Below are positions 18,504 through 28,900 of a DNA stretch of 64,000 bases, one piece after another; the stretch's first letter is position 1, and every line of letters begins with the position of its first letter. Where the stretch lies: positions 9,492-73,491 of the forward strand of contig DASUHD010000178.1 of assembly GCA_036273675.1 (NCBI GenBank), in the 5' to 3' direction. The notes under the pieces are model-generated. The model was not told the DNA's origin. It ran no database searches and saw only the letters and a list, made by a program, of their open reading frames with translations. A program made the position numbers and the translations under genes. The stretch is from Ktedonobacterales bacterium (lineage in GTDB: Bacteria > Chloroflexota > Ktedonobacteria > Ktedonobacterales > JADMIN01).

Positions 18504-18866
18504 TTGACCATCAGTAGCATTCCGCAAATCTTCGGCGCCTTGCTCATCCTCGCTCCCTTTGCCCTTGCGCAGTTCCGCCTGCTTGGCCAGCATTCCTGGC
18601 CCTATCTACTCCCAAATATGGCTGGCTCGGCTCTACTCTGTGCGCTCGCGCTGCTCGGCGCGCAGTGGGGCTTCGTGCTGCTGGAAAACGTCTGGGCGCT
18701 TGTCTCGCTATGGGGCCACATTGCCCTGTTACGTGGCAAGCGCACCCCGCCCCGAATCCTTAGCCCAGGCAGGCGGACGGGGGATTGCTGGCCATGTCCT
18801 GACCACCTACTCTTCCGCGCCGCATATGTGGCTCGTGTTCAACGTGTTGTGCTACTATATCGTTAG
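18504..18866 (+). CDS. Small hydrophobic membrane protein (resembles CBU_0592-type small membrane proteins; call from memory)
   Basis: The first ~80 aa form 2-3 TM helices (IFGALLILAPFALAQF, GSALLCALALLGAQWGFVLLENVWALVSLWG). The C-terminal tail is poorly coding-like. Confidence 0.35.
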   Translation: MTISSIPQIFGALLILAPFALAQFRLLGQHSWPYLLPNMAGSALLCALALLGAQWGFVLLENVWALVSLWGHIALLRGKRTPPRILSPGRRTGDCWPCPDHLLFRAAYVARVQRVVLLYR

Positions 18867-18935
18867 GCTAACGAACGATCTGGCTGCGCGCCTCATGCTG
18901 GCACGGCGGACGGTTTAGCCTGCCTGATATTCTCG

Positions 18936-19421
18936 GTGGTCATGGAGGCTATCATGTCGAATTCCCCGGCATCCACGTCCGCAACCGGCACGGTCGACGC
19001 GCTGGCAGTCGCTAACCGTCTGCGGCCAGCGTTGTTGCGCATCCACCGCTATCTCCGTTTGGAGGCGCACGAGTTGGGTGTGACCAGCACGCAGGCGAGT
19101 CTGCTGGGCGCGATACAGCGCGCCGGGGGCATTGGCCTGGGTGAGCTGGCCTCCCAGGAGCACATGAGCGCCCCGACCCTGGTGGGCCACATCGACAAGC
19201 TCCAGGCGCTCGGCCTGCTCGAACGCGCGCGCAGTGACCCCAATGATCGGCGCCGGGTCACGCTGAACCTCACGCCCGCGGGAGAAGGCGTGCTCAAGAC
19301 GCTGCGCGAACGCCGGACCGCGTGGCTCGCCGCTCGCCTGGAGGCGCTGACGCCAGAGGCGCTGACAGCCGTAGAGGCCGCCATCGAGCCGCTGTCTCAG
19401 CTGGTGAGGCGCAACGCATGA
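18936..19421 (+). CDS. MarR family transcriptional regulator
   Basis: Winged-helix core LGVTSTQASLLGAIQRAGGIGLGELASQEHMSAPTLVGHIDKLQALGLLERARSDPNDRRRV. Confidence 0.8.
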   Translation: MVMEAIMSNSPASTSATGTVDALAVANRLRPALLRIHRYLRLEAHELGVTSTQASLLGAIQRAGGIGLGELASQEHMSAPTLVGHIDKLQALGLLERARSDPNDRRRVTLNLTPAGEGVLKTLRERRTAWLAARLEALTPEALTAVEAAIEPLSQLVRRNA

Positions 19422-20698
19422 GGTTCTCCATGCGCGCTTCAGCAGCGGGTGTTCTCGGCAGTCGCACCTTTACGAGCCTACGCAATCATTACAATTACCG
19501 GCTGTATTTCTCAGGTCAATTTCTCTCCCAGGTCGGCACCTGGTTGCAGAGCGCGGCCATGGCCTGGCTCGTCCTCCAGTTAACCAATTCCGCCTTCGCC
19601 GTTGGCCTTCTGGCCTTCTGGCAATTCGGCCCATACGCGCTGCTTGGCCTCTTTGGCGGCGCGCTCGCCGACCGGTTGGATCACCGCAACACGCTGATCG
19701 TAACGCAGGTGGCGCTTGCGCTCTGCAGCACGATCATTGCCGTGCTGACGCTGACGCACGTGGTTACCCTGTGGGAGGCATATGCGATTGCCGCTATGCG
19801 CGGGCTGGCGCTCGTCCTCAATAATCCCAGCCGCCAGGCGTTCATCTTTCAGATGGTCGGGCGCGAGGAGCTTCCCAACGCCATCGCGCTCAACTCTAGC
19901 CTGGCGAACGCCACGCGCATTCTGGGGCCGGGCATCGGCGGCATCCTGATCGCCTCGTTCGGTGTAGGCGTCTGCTTCGCAATCGATGCGCTCAGCTATG
20001 TGGCGGTTATTATCGCGCTGCTGCTTATGCGAGTAGACGAGTTGTTGTCACAGGATCGTGGCCCGCGCACGACGATGTGGACCAGCGTTGTCGAGGGGCT
20101 GGGCTTTGTCCGGCGGACGCCCCCATTGCGGCTTGCGCTCGGAATATTCACCATCATTGCCACGGTCTGTATCAACTTCTCCGTGCTGCTGCCCCTGGTG
20201 GCCAGCGACACGTTGCACTCCGACGCCAGGGTCTACGGTCTGATTACCGCATGCTTCGGCGCGGGCGCGTTAGCTGGCGCGCTCATCTCGGCCTCCATCG
20301 GGCGCGTGAGCTGGCCTATTTTGCTGGGGAGCGCGGCGGGGTTTGGTCTGGGTGAGCTTCTGCTCGCGCCGCAGCGTACGGTGCTGAGTGTAGTGGCGCT
20401 GATCATCATGACGGGCATCTGCTATACCATCTATACCTCGACAACCAACGCGATGGTGCAGTTATCGGCGCCTCCCTATTTGCAGGGCCGGGTGGCTGGA
20501 CTCTACAGCTACATCTTTGCTGGCTCCAGCCCGTTCGGCGCGCTGATCGCCGGGAGTCTGGCCGCGCGCGGCGGGACCGAGCTTGCGTTTCTCGTCGCGG
20601 GCTGCACCGCGCTGGCGAGCGCCGCTTTCGGAGTGATCGCGCGACCACGCGATCACGTGCGCGCGAACCCCGCCGAGAAGATTCCCAGGGCTGTCTGA
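19418..20698 (+). CDS. MFS transporter (MFS_3/EntS-like)
   Basis: MRFSM...FTSLRNHYNYRLYFSGQFLSQVGTWLQ start typical of the family, ~12 TMs. The ATG at 19418 overlaps the MarR stop (ATGA). Confidence 0.8.
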   Translation: MRFSMRASAAGVLGSRTFTSLRNHYNYRLYFSGQFLSQVGTWLQSAAMAWLVLQLTNSAFAVGLLAFWQFGPYALLGLFGGALADRLDHRNTLIVTQVALALCSTIIAVLTLTHVVTLWEAYAIAAMRGLALVLNNPSRQAFIFQMVGREELPNAIALNSSLANATRILGPGIGGILIASFGVGVCFAIDALSYVAVIIALLLMRVDELLSQDRGPRTTMWTSVVEGLGFVRRTPPLRLALGIFTIIATVCINFSVLLPLVASDTLHSDARVYGLITACFGAGALAGALISASIGRVSWPILLGSAAGFGLGELLLAPQRTVLSVVALIIMTGICYTIYTSTTNAMVQLSAPPYLQGRVAGLYSYIFAGSSPFGALIAGSLAARGGTELAFLVAGCTALASAAFGVIARPRDHVRANPAEKIPRAV

Positions 20699-20830
20699 GT
20701 GCGACTGCCCTCGCGCAACATACCCCAACGGGATTGGGAGCGCGAGGGCGTGGAGGCGTGGAAGCGTGGATGCGTGGAGGCGGTGGTGTACGTGTATGCG
20801 GCACGACCGGCTCCTGGCCGACCCAGCGTC

Positions 20831-21517
20831 TTATGCTTCTTTGGGGGTGAGCAGCTTCCACTGCCCCTCAGAGACGACCTCGACGGCGCCGTCAACCACT
20901 TTGATGGCGGTCTCGTCGTCGATGGCATACGCCGGACCGCCGATGTCGGCCGCCCATTTTTCCGCGGTGGCCATGGTGTTCGACGGCAGGTCCGGGTTGT
21001 CGAGGTGCGGGAAGATCGAGAAGGGAACCACGCCCAGCGTCTTGTCGCCCGCGCCGGTCGGGGAATGCCAGGTGACAAAGTCCTCGCCGATGCGCGGGGT
21101 CATCACCATGCTCCCGGCGCTCAGTCCCACCCAGACCGTCTTGCTCAGCGACGGCAGCAGGTCCGCCAGGCCAGACGCGCGCATCCAGTGGCACAGGTAC
21201 GCGGCATCGCCGCCTTCGACCAGCAGGACGTCTGTCTCTCGGACCAGGGGAACCCAGCGCTCTTCACCGAGGCTGGGCAGCGCGGTAAGTTCTAGCACGC
21301 CCATGGACTTCCACCCCAGTCCAACCATGGGGCAGCGCGGTTCTTGTCCGCTGATGAACCGCCACGCATTGCGCGGACCGGCCATGGGGTGTCCGTAGAC
21401 GGCCGTGGGGATGCAGAGGGCATCGCACTCGGCGATCGGTTTGTCCAGCAGCTCGACCAGCGCGTTGTGGATGCTCGCGTTCTTAACGCCACCGGACGTG
21501 AGAAGATACTTCATCAT
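20831..21517 (-). CDS. Peptidase S51 (PepE-like) / type 1 glutamine amidotransferase-like
   Basis: MMKYLLTSGG, GGDAAYLCHWMRASGL, and the nucleophile region VWVGLSAGSMV. Confidence 0.8.
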   Translation of the reverse strand: MMKYLLTSGGVKNASIHNALVELLDKPIAECDALCIPTAVYGHPMAGPRNAWRFISGQEPRCPMVGLGWKSMGVLELTALPSLGEERWVPLVRETDVLLVEGGDAAYLCHWMRASGLADLLPSLSKTVWVGLSAGSMVMTPRIGEDFVTWHSPTGAGDKTLGVVPFSIFPHLDNPDLPSNTMATAEKWAADIGGPAYAIDDETAIKVVDGAVEVVSEGQWKLLTPKEA

Positions 21518-21968
21518 GCCTCCCTACAAACACTCCCCTTGCGTTTACTACGGCAAGGGGATTTTCGGGCTACCCGCGGGGCAACCCTTCATGTTGACGT
21601 CTGAGGCGGTATCCCCGCCTCCCGCAAGGAGTGCTCCGCCCGAGGAGGGAACGATTACAGCGCCTTGCGAGCGCGTATTCTCACACCGCACAGAAGAACC
21701 GGAAGATGCTATTACCATAGCTGGGGTCAGGGGTCTGCGCGCCGAGGAGGAGAGGTCACGGCGCTCAAGGCCTGCAATCACGGCCGATGGTCTTCACAGC
21801 CTGTTTGAGAATATGACAGACGCTCGCCGCACCGCTTTTCGAAACTGCCTGTACACGTATCACGATTGAACCTTTCAGCCATTTCGACGCACATACTCTT
21901 TGCATAGACGTATTGAGGTTCCAGGTTGGGGCCTCCCCAGAGCATCAGGAGGAAGGTTGCCTGACGAC

Positions 21969-22541
21969 ATGACGACGCCAGATCCTGTACTCTTGCTCTG
22001 GCAGGTCGCAGAGGGCGACGAAGAAGCGCTACGCCAACTCTATGTCGCGTATCGCCCACGATTGCGGCGCTACCTGTGGCATCAACTCGATGGCGACGGC
22101 CACGCGGTAGAGGAGGCGTTACAGGACACATTCCTCGCGGTTTGGCGCACAGCTGGCGGCTACCGTGGGGACGCGAAAGTCGCGACCTGGCTCTTCCAAA
22201 TCGCGCATTATGTCGCGCTCCGCACGCGCAAGGCCGCGGCCCGGCGTGGGTGGAGCGAGGGCGATCTCGAACGCTCGGAAGAAGCGGCTATTCCGATGGC
22301 TACGTCACCAGAAGACATGGTACTCGGCCAGTTGAGTCTCGACGAGGCGCTAAGTCGTCTCTCGCTGAAGCATCGCGCGGTGCTTCATCTCGTCTTCCAG
22401 CAAGGATTCACCGCCGAAGAGGCTGCCCAGATCCTTGGGGTTCCCGTCGGAACGGTGAAAAGTCGCATGAGTTATGCCCGTCGGGCGCTCCAAAGAGCAC
22501 TCGATTGCTGGGTACCTGAGGATGCACGTCATGACGCCTGA
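21969..22541 (+). CDS. ECF-type RNA polymerase sigma-70 factor
   Basis: Region 2 (LYVAYRPRLRRYLWHQL, DTFLAVWR) and region 4 HTH (FTAEEAAQILGVPVGTVKSRMSYAR). Confidence 0.85.
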   Translation: MTTPDPVLLLWQVAEGDEEALRQLYVAYRPRLRRYLWHQLDGDGHAVEEALQDTFLAVWRTAGGYRGDAKVATWLFQIAHYVALRTRKAAARRGWSEGDLERSEEAAIPMATSPEDMVLGQLSLDEALSRLSLKHRAVLHLVFQQGFTAEEAAQILGVPVGTVKSRMSYARRALQRALDCWVPEDARHDA

Positions 22542-24099
22542 TCTCTCATGCGCGCAATGCCAGGACTCCTTGCCCTGGTATCTTGCGAACTCACTCTCAC
22601 ATAGCGAACGTGCGGCGATGGAGCGCCATCTGGCCTCCTGCGAGCGTTGCGGCGCCGCGCTCGCGGAGTGGCGCGAGATAACTGGGGCAATACGTCGCGC
22701 CGACGAACGTATCCCGCTCGATACCGCATCGGTCACCACCTGGGAAAACATCTCCCATCAATTAGGCGAACAAACCGCCCAGCCATATACAGTCAACGAA
22801 AGGACTACTATGCGCCTGCATGATAGACATATCTCGGACACCCCCACGCCAGACAGCGAGACGCCCACGATTCGCCCGCGCGGACGCGTCCATGCCTTTG
22901 TGGGTCTGGTCGCGGTGGTGGCGCTCATCGCGCTCAGCGCGGGCATCTTTAGTCACTTCGCTACGCGCGGGAGTTCTCAGCCCGGCCAGGGACCCGCGAC
23001 GACCCAATCCAGTTGTGCGCCTTCCCAGGCAACGGCGCATCTCCCGGCGCACACCATTCTCAGCGCCATCGCGCCTCTGGGGACGGATGATGGCTGGGCC
23101 GTCGGCGGCGTATCGAATGCCAATCAGCCCGCTTCGCCGCCTTCCGCGCTGATCCTGCGCCTGCGGAACTGCCACTGGGCCGCGGTAGGGACGCCAATCC
23201 CGAACGCCCGGCTCAACGCCATCTCGATGGACTCCGCCGACGATGGCTGGGCCGTCGGCGTCACGATGACAATCACCGGGGACTATGACCAGCCACTGGT
23301 GCTGCACTACACACATGATTCCTGGCAGACGGTGAAGGTGGCCGCAAACCCGCAGACGAGCGCCGTGAAGGTGAAGATGACATCCGCAAGCGATGGCTGG
23401 ATGTTGCTATACGATGGCAAACACTTGAACAGCGCCAACTCCCTGGACTATGGGTACTCGCTCTTGCGCTATCAGCATGGGACGTGGGCCAATGTCTCGC
23501 TTGGCTTCCTCAAGCCCTCGATGGTTGTGACGGATCTCGATGCGCGTCAGCCTGGAGAAGTCTGGCTCGTGGGTGAAGATATCACGGTCGTCAACAATAT
23601 CCAGCCTGCCTTCGTGGCGCACTACGCTCACGGCGCGTGGACGCCGTACATCGGCGGCGCAATCGGCGCGGGCGCGAGCGGCTTCAACAGTGTTAGTGCG
23701 CTTGCGCCAAACGATGTCTGGGTTGGTGGGGACGGGATATTTCATTTTGACGGCGCGCACTGGAGCAAGGCAAGTATCCATGGCGCTACCAGCGCCTTCA
23801 TGCCCTCTATCTTCCAGATTGCCATGCTCTCTCCCACCCAGGGTTGGGCATTTCCGCAACCTGTCGGGGTCAACGCATTATCTCCAGGCGCGGCATTGCG
23901 CTATGATCACGGCGTCTGGACGTGGACATCGCCGCACATCAAAGGGGTGAACACCCCCTTACCAATTATCAGCCTCGCGATGTCGTCGCCAACGCAGGGC
24001 TGGGCGCTTGGCCTCCACATTCTATCGGGCAATGACCAGGAAACGCTGCTACTCTCCTATGATGCGGGCGCCTGGGGTGTCGTGCGCCAGCAGTCATAG
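22531..24099 (+). CDS. Anti-sigma factor (zf-HC2) with TM and large extracytoplasmic beta-propeller-like domain
   Basis: The N-terminus CAQCQDSLPWYL...HLASCERC is a putative zinc-finger anti-sigma motif, followed by TM VGLVAVVALIALSAGIF. At least 7 recurring D/Q-G-W-A-x-G blade-like motifs follow (DDGWAVGG, DDGWAVGV, SDGWML, EVWLVGE, DVWVGGDG, TQGWAFP, TQGWALG). The start overlaps the sigma gene (22522 or 22531). Confidence 0.7.
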   Translation: MTPDLSCAQCQDSLPWYLANSLSHSERAAMERHLASCERCGAALAEWREITGAIRRADERIPLDTASVTTWENISHQLGEQTAQPYTVNERTTMRLHDRHISDTPTPDSETPTIRPRGRVHAFVGLVAVVALIALSAGIFSHFATRGSSQPGQGPATTQSSCAPSQATAHLPAHTILSAIAPLGTDDGWAVGGVSNANQPASPPSALILRLRNCHWAAVGTPIPNARLNAISMDSADDGWAVGVTMTITGDYDQPLVLHYTHDSWQTVKVAANPQTSAVKVKMTSASDGWMLLYDGKHLNSANSLDYGYSLLRYQHGTWANVSLGFLKPSMVVTDLDARQPGEVWLVGEDITVVNNIQPAFVAHYAHGAWTPYIGGAIGAGASGFNSVSALAPNDVWVGGDGIFHFDGAHWSKASIHGATSAFMPSIFQIAMLSPTQGWAFPQPVGVNALSPGAALRYDHGVWTWTSPHIKGVNTPLPIISLAMSSPTQGWALGLHILSGNDQETLLLSYDAGAWGVVRQQS

Positions 24100-24127
24100 C
24101 GCGCGCACAACCTGACCAGAGCCAGAT

Positions 24128-24158
24128 ACTCCCCTTCCACAACTCGTGGAAGGGGAGT
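24128..24158. terminator. Bidirectional hairpin between convergent genes
   Basis: Perfect 13-bp stem: ACTCCCCTTCCAC (24128-24140) and GTGGAAGGGGAGT (24146-24158) with a 5-nt loop. It lies between the anti-sigma stop (24099) and the response-regulator stop (24215). Confidence 0.5.
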
Positions 24159-24214
24159 CAGTCTGTGGTCCGCCAAAGCGTCCGTTTATACTGCGCGTGG
24201 TCGTTCGGACGCCG

Positions 24215-24586
24215 TCACTCGGGGAGATAACGGCGTATGAGGGCAAGCAGGTCGTCCAGGTCGAATGGTTTGGGGATGAACCCATCGGCCACGATCTCAC
24301 TGGCGCGCTGGCGCGAGTCGTGGGCCGCAGTCATCACGATGATCGGCGCGTGTGGCCCGCCCTGCTGGCGATAGGCGCTGGCAAAAGCCCAGCCGTCCAT
24401 CACCGGCATTTTCATATCGAGCAAAATGACGGCTGGCGACGACTCCTCGGTGCGCTCCAGAGCCTCCTTGCCATTGTGCGCGATCATGACCTTATATCCC
24501 TCCTCGGCGAGAAGTGATTCGAGGGTCATGGCGATGGTGTCGTCATCATCCACGACCAGGATGGGCCGTTGGTCTAGTGCCGTCAT
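24215..24586 (-). CDS. Stand-alone response regulator (CheY-like receiver)
   Basis: ILVVDDDDTIAMTLESLL, LLDMKMPVMDGW, KPFDLDDLL. The ATG at 24586 has GGAG 5 nt upstream. The ORF-track start at 24622 is also possible. Confidence 0.85.
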   Translation of the reverse strand: MTALDQRPILVVDDDDTIAMTLESLLAEEGYKVMIAHNGKEALERTEESSPAVILLDMKMPVMDGWAFASAYRQQGGPHAPIIVMTAAHDSRQRASEIVADGFIPKPFDLDDLLALIRRYLPE

Positions 24587-24676
24587 GTTACTCCGGTCAG
24601 CCGGTCCATTCGACCTGCCCAAGTCGTGCCTCCTTGCATTGATAGAGCCACACTGTCGAGACTGCGCCTCCGTCTG

Positions 24677-25936
24677 TTATGGTTGATGTCTCGCCGCCCG
24701 CGATGTAGATGTGGCGTGTACAGGCAGCCGAATTACAAATCGCGTGCCACCATCTGGCGGGAACTCCGCGCTAATCTCGCCATCATGTTGAGCAATGATT
24801 TGCTGGCTGATGTAAAGACCGAGGCCCAGACCGGAGCGATGGTCGTCGGCATGCGCCTGATAAAATCGCTCGAAGATCGACCCGCGCCGCTCCGGCGAGA
24901 TACCGATGCCATGATCGCGGACGGCAATGAAGATAGATTTCTCGTCAATGTGTCCAACCTCGACGCACACGCGACCACCTTCAGGGCTATATTTGAGCGC
25001 GTTATCGAGCAGGTTGCTCAATACCTGTTCGATGCTCTCAGGGTCAACATCGGCGATCACCTCGCGCTCGGAAGTCAGAACAATCCGATGGCGTATCGTG
25101 CGGGCGGTGAATGAGGTGACGAGATGTTCCGCCAGCGCCGAGATATCGGTCGCCGGACGTTCGAGTGTGAGCTTGCTCTGGTCAAGTCGCGTGACATCCA
25201 GCAGCTGGCCGATCAGCCGCGCCAGCCTGCCCGACTGCTCGTCGACAGCCCGCAGGCCGTTGCTGAGCCACGGTGGGGCCTCAACATCGCTCTTTTTGAG
25301 CTTGCGGGCGATGATCTGTGCGGTGGCGCGTAGTCCTGTTAGTGGCGTTTTCAACTCATGCGCCGCCACCGAGAGAAACTCATCGCGCGCCTGTGTCGCC
25401 GCCTCCGCCGCGATGCGCGCCTCCCGCTCGCCCGCCATCGCCGCCTCCAACGCCGCTGTGCGCTCCTCCACGCGGCGCTCCAGCTCATGGTTCAGCTCCT
25501 CGAGCTGGCGTGTCTTGCGGTACAGGTCAGACAGCACGCTCACCTTCGCCCGCAGAATCTCTGGGATAACCGGTACGGGAATATAGTCGATCGCGCCGAC
25601 TTCATAGCCCTTGAGCCGGTCGAGCTCGGTCAGATGGACCGCGGAGACGAAGATGATGGCCGTCTTCTGGTAGCGTGGGTGCTGGCGGATCATCTCAGCA
25701 AGCTCGAAGCCGTCCATCTCCGGCATGCTGACGTCCATCAGGACAATGGCGATCTCCGTTTTGAGGAGATGCCCCAGCGCCTCGCGGGCGGAGGTCGCCT
25801 TGATGAGGTTTGCCCCTACATCCGCGAGAATCGCCTCGTAACTCAGGAGCTTTGCCAGCTGGTCATCGACCATCAGGATGTTCACCTGATCTCCCGATGT
25901 TGACGTGGTTATGTCATGTGTTTCGGCTGCATGCAT
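24677..25936 (-). CDS. Hybrid response regulator / histidine kinase (REC-coiled coil-HisKA-HATPase_c)
   Basis: N-terminal receiver (ILMVDDQ...LMDVSMPEMDGF), H-box (FLSVAAHELKTPL), N-box (NLLDNALKYSP), G1 (DHGIGI), G2 (GLGLGLYISQQI). Confidence 0.85.
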   Translation of the reverse strand: MHAAETHDITTSTSGDQVNILMVDDQLAKLLSYEAILADVGANLIKATSAREALGHLLKTEIAIVLMDVSMPEMDGFELAEMIRQHPRYQKTAIIFVSAVHLTELDRLKGYEVGAIDYIPVPVIPEILRAKVSVLSDLYRKTRQLEELNHELERRVEERTAALEAAMAGEREARIAAEAATQARDEFLSVAAHELKTPLTGLRATAQIIARKLKKSDVEAPPWLSNGLRAVDEQSGRLARLIGQLLDVTRLDQSKLTLERPATDISALAEHLVTSFTARTIRHRIVLTSEREVIADVDPESIEQVLSNLLDNALKYSPEGGRVCVEVGHIDEKSIFIAVRDHGIGISPERRGSIFERFYQAHADDHRSGLGLGLYISQQIIAQHDGEISAEFPPDGGTRFVIRLPVHATSTSRAARHQP

Positions 25937-25969
25937 GAGTGACGCACTCTCTCACTAGAAATAGAGAAT

Positions 25970-28900
25970 TTAGCGATGGAGCCACATACGCAACGCGGAT
26001 AGAAGCTGCTCGGTATTGACTGGTTTGGCGAGATAGTCGGATGCGCCCGCTTCGAGGCACTTTTCGCGGTCGCCCTTCATTGCTTTGGCCGTGAGCGCGA
26101 CGATGGGCAGGCGCTGAAGCGCGGGATTCCGCCGAATGACCTGCATTGTCTCGTATCCGTCCATCTCTGGCATCATGATATCCATCAGGACAATAGCCAG
26201 ATCCGGTGTTGTCTTCAGCGTCTCGATGGCTTCGCGGCCTGTGCCAGCGGTGAGCACGATCATGCCGCGCCGCTCCAGGACGCTGCTGAGTGCGAAGATG
26301 TTGCGGACATCGTCGTCAACCACCAGCACCTTCTTGCCTACCAGGTCATCATCAGAACTGTGAAGACGGTTGAGCAGGCGCTGCTTCTCCAGCGGTAGAT
26401 CGCCAACCACGCGATGGAGGAAGAGCGCCGTCTCATCCAGCAGTCGCTCGGGCGACTCGACCCCCTTCACGACAACGCTGCGCGCCAGCGTATGCAGGCG
26501 GGCGTCTTCTTCGGCTGTGAGTTGCTTGCCGGTAAACACCACCACCGGAATATCACGGAGCGCCTCGTTATCACGAATATGTTCGAGCACCTCGAACCCG
26601 GACATATCGGGTAGCCGCAGATCGAGCACGATGCAGTCGAACGGGTCGCCGTGGATCGCGTCCAGCGCCTCGGCGCCGCTGCCAACGGTGACAATCTCGA
26701 TATCGCCGAAGCCCAGCAGTTCCGTGATGCTGAGCCGCTCGGCATCGTTATCTTCGACCACCAGCAGCCGCTTGCGATGTGGCGCCGCGTAGTCCTTGAT
26801 ACGGTCGAGCGCCAGTTCCAGACCTTCGGTTGTCGTCGGCTTCGTCAGGAAGGAGAATGCCCCGCGCGCAAGGCCGTGTCGCCGATCTTCGTCCACGGTG
26901 ATGATCTGCACCGGGATATGCCGCAATGTGGGGTCCTGCTTGAGTTGGTTGAGGACGGTCCATCCGAGCATATCTGGCAGAAACACATCAAGCGAGACCG
27001 CCGTCGGGTGGAACTGGCGGGCGAGCGCGAGCGCATCGAGGCCGCGTGTCGCCGCGATCACCTTGAACCCTTTGTCGCGCGCGAGATCAACCAGCACACG
27101 ACCGTAGTATGGGTCATCCTCGACGATCAGCAGCACCGCATCGTCAGGCTGCGCGTCATCACGGTCATCGAGCAGCGGAGCAAAGTCGGTCGGACGCTCG
27201 GTAATTCGGGCAACCGTCAGCGGGTGAGACCAGCGGGTCTCACTCATCTCAGTCCTGTCAGCACGCGCGTGCGCGGTTTCCTCTGCCGTTTCCCCAACGA
27301 GGTTACCTGAAGGGAGCGATCCGACGTAGGTCTGCGGCACGTAGAGGGTAAACGTGCTGCCAACCTCCAGCGTGCTGCGCAGATGAATCTCGCCGCCCAG
27401 CAAGCTTGCCAGCTCGCGGCTGATTGCCAGGCCCAGACCAGTGCCGCCGAAGCGGCGGTCAGTGCTGGCCTCGGCCTGTTGGAATGGCTCGAAGATGAGC
27501 TTTTGTTTGTCTGGCGGGATGCCAATGCCAGTATCGGAAACCTCAAACGCGACGACAGACGCCGTACCTTTGAGCACCGGGTGATCGGCGCTCCAGCCGC
27601 TCTTCGCCGGGTAGACGCTCAGATGAACGCCTCCCTGCTCGGTGAACTTGAAGGCATTGGAGAGCAGGTTCTTGAGGATCTGTTGCAGGCGTTTGGCGTC
27701 GGTGACGATGCTCGGGCTAAGATGGGTGTCCACCTGTGCCTCGAAGGTGAGCCGCCGGTTGTCCGCCTCATGGCGGAACGGGCGCGCCACCATCTCCAGC
27801 AGGCTGACGATGCCGATTTCCTCCGCATCGACCGAGACCGTGCCGGACTCGATCTTGGAGAGGTCAAGGATATCAGTAATCAGGTTCAGCAGGTCAGTTC
27901 CAGCGCCATGGATCGTTCGGGCGAACTCCACTTGCTTCGGCGAGAGATTGCCATCGGGGTTATCGCCCAATTGTTGACCGAGGATCAGGATGCTATTCAG
28001 TGGCGTGCGCAGCTCGTGCGACATATTCGCCATGAACTCGGATTTGTACTTCGAGGTCAGCGCCAGTTCCGCGGCCTTCTCTTCCAGCGCGCGGCGCGCC
28101 TGCTCGATCTCCTGATTTTTGCGTTCCACCTCGACGTTGCGCTCGGCCAGCTGCTGCGCTTTCTGCTCCAACTGGTCGTTGGTCTGTTGCAGCTCCGTTT
28201 GTTGCGTCTGAAGCTCGGTGGCCAGCTGTTGCGACTGCTTGAGCAGCCCCTCCGTCTGCATGGTAGCCTCGATGCTATTGAGCACAATGCCGATGCTCGC
28301 GGTCAATTGTTCAAGAAACGCCAGATGCGACGCGGTGAACTTGCTCAGCGAGGCTAGCTCGATGACGGCCTTCACCTGGCCCTCGAAGAGCACGGGCAAC
28401 ACCACGACATTGCGCGGGACCGTCTCGAAGAGGCTTGAGCGAATCGGCGTTGTCTCGGGCGGCAGGTTGGTAATGAGCATGCTTCGTTTCTCGACAGCGA
28501 CCTGCCCCAACAACCCCTCGCCGAACCGCAGATGCTCCTGATGACCATCCGCGCCGGAGTCGGCATAGGCCGAGAGCAACGCAAGGCCGGGCGCCGCTTC
28601 TGTCTCTACCTGATAGATGACGCCCTGTTGCGCGTCTACCAGCGAGGTAAGCTCCGAGAGCAACATCCGGCCGACAGCGGTCAGGTCACGCTGCCCTTGC
28701 AGCATGCTGGTGAAGCGGGCGAGGTTGGTCTTTAGCCAGTCCTGTTCGGTGTTGCGGTCAGTCGTCAACCGCAGGTTATCGATCATCGTGTTGATGTTAT
28801 CCGAAAGCTCGGCAACCTCGCCCCGCGCCTCCACCTGGATCGAGCGCGTCAGGTCGCCCTGCGTGACTGCCGTTGCCACCTCCGCGATCGCGCGCACCTG

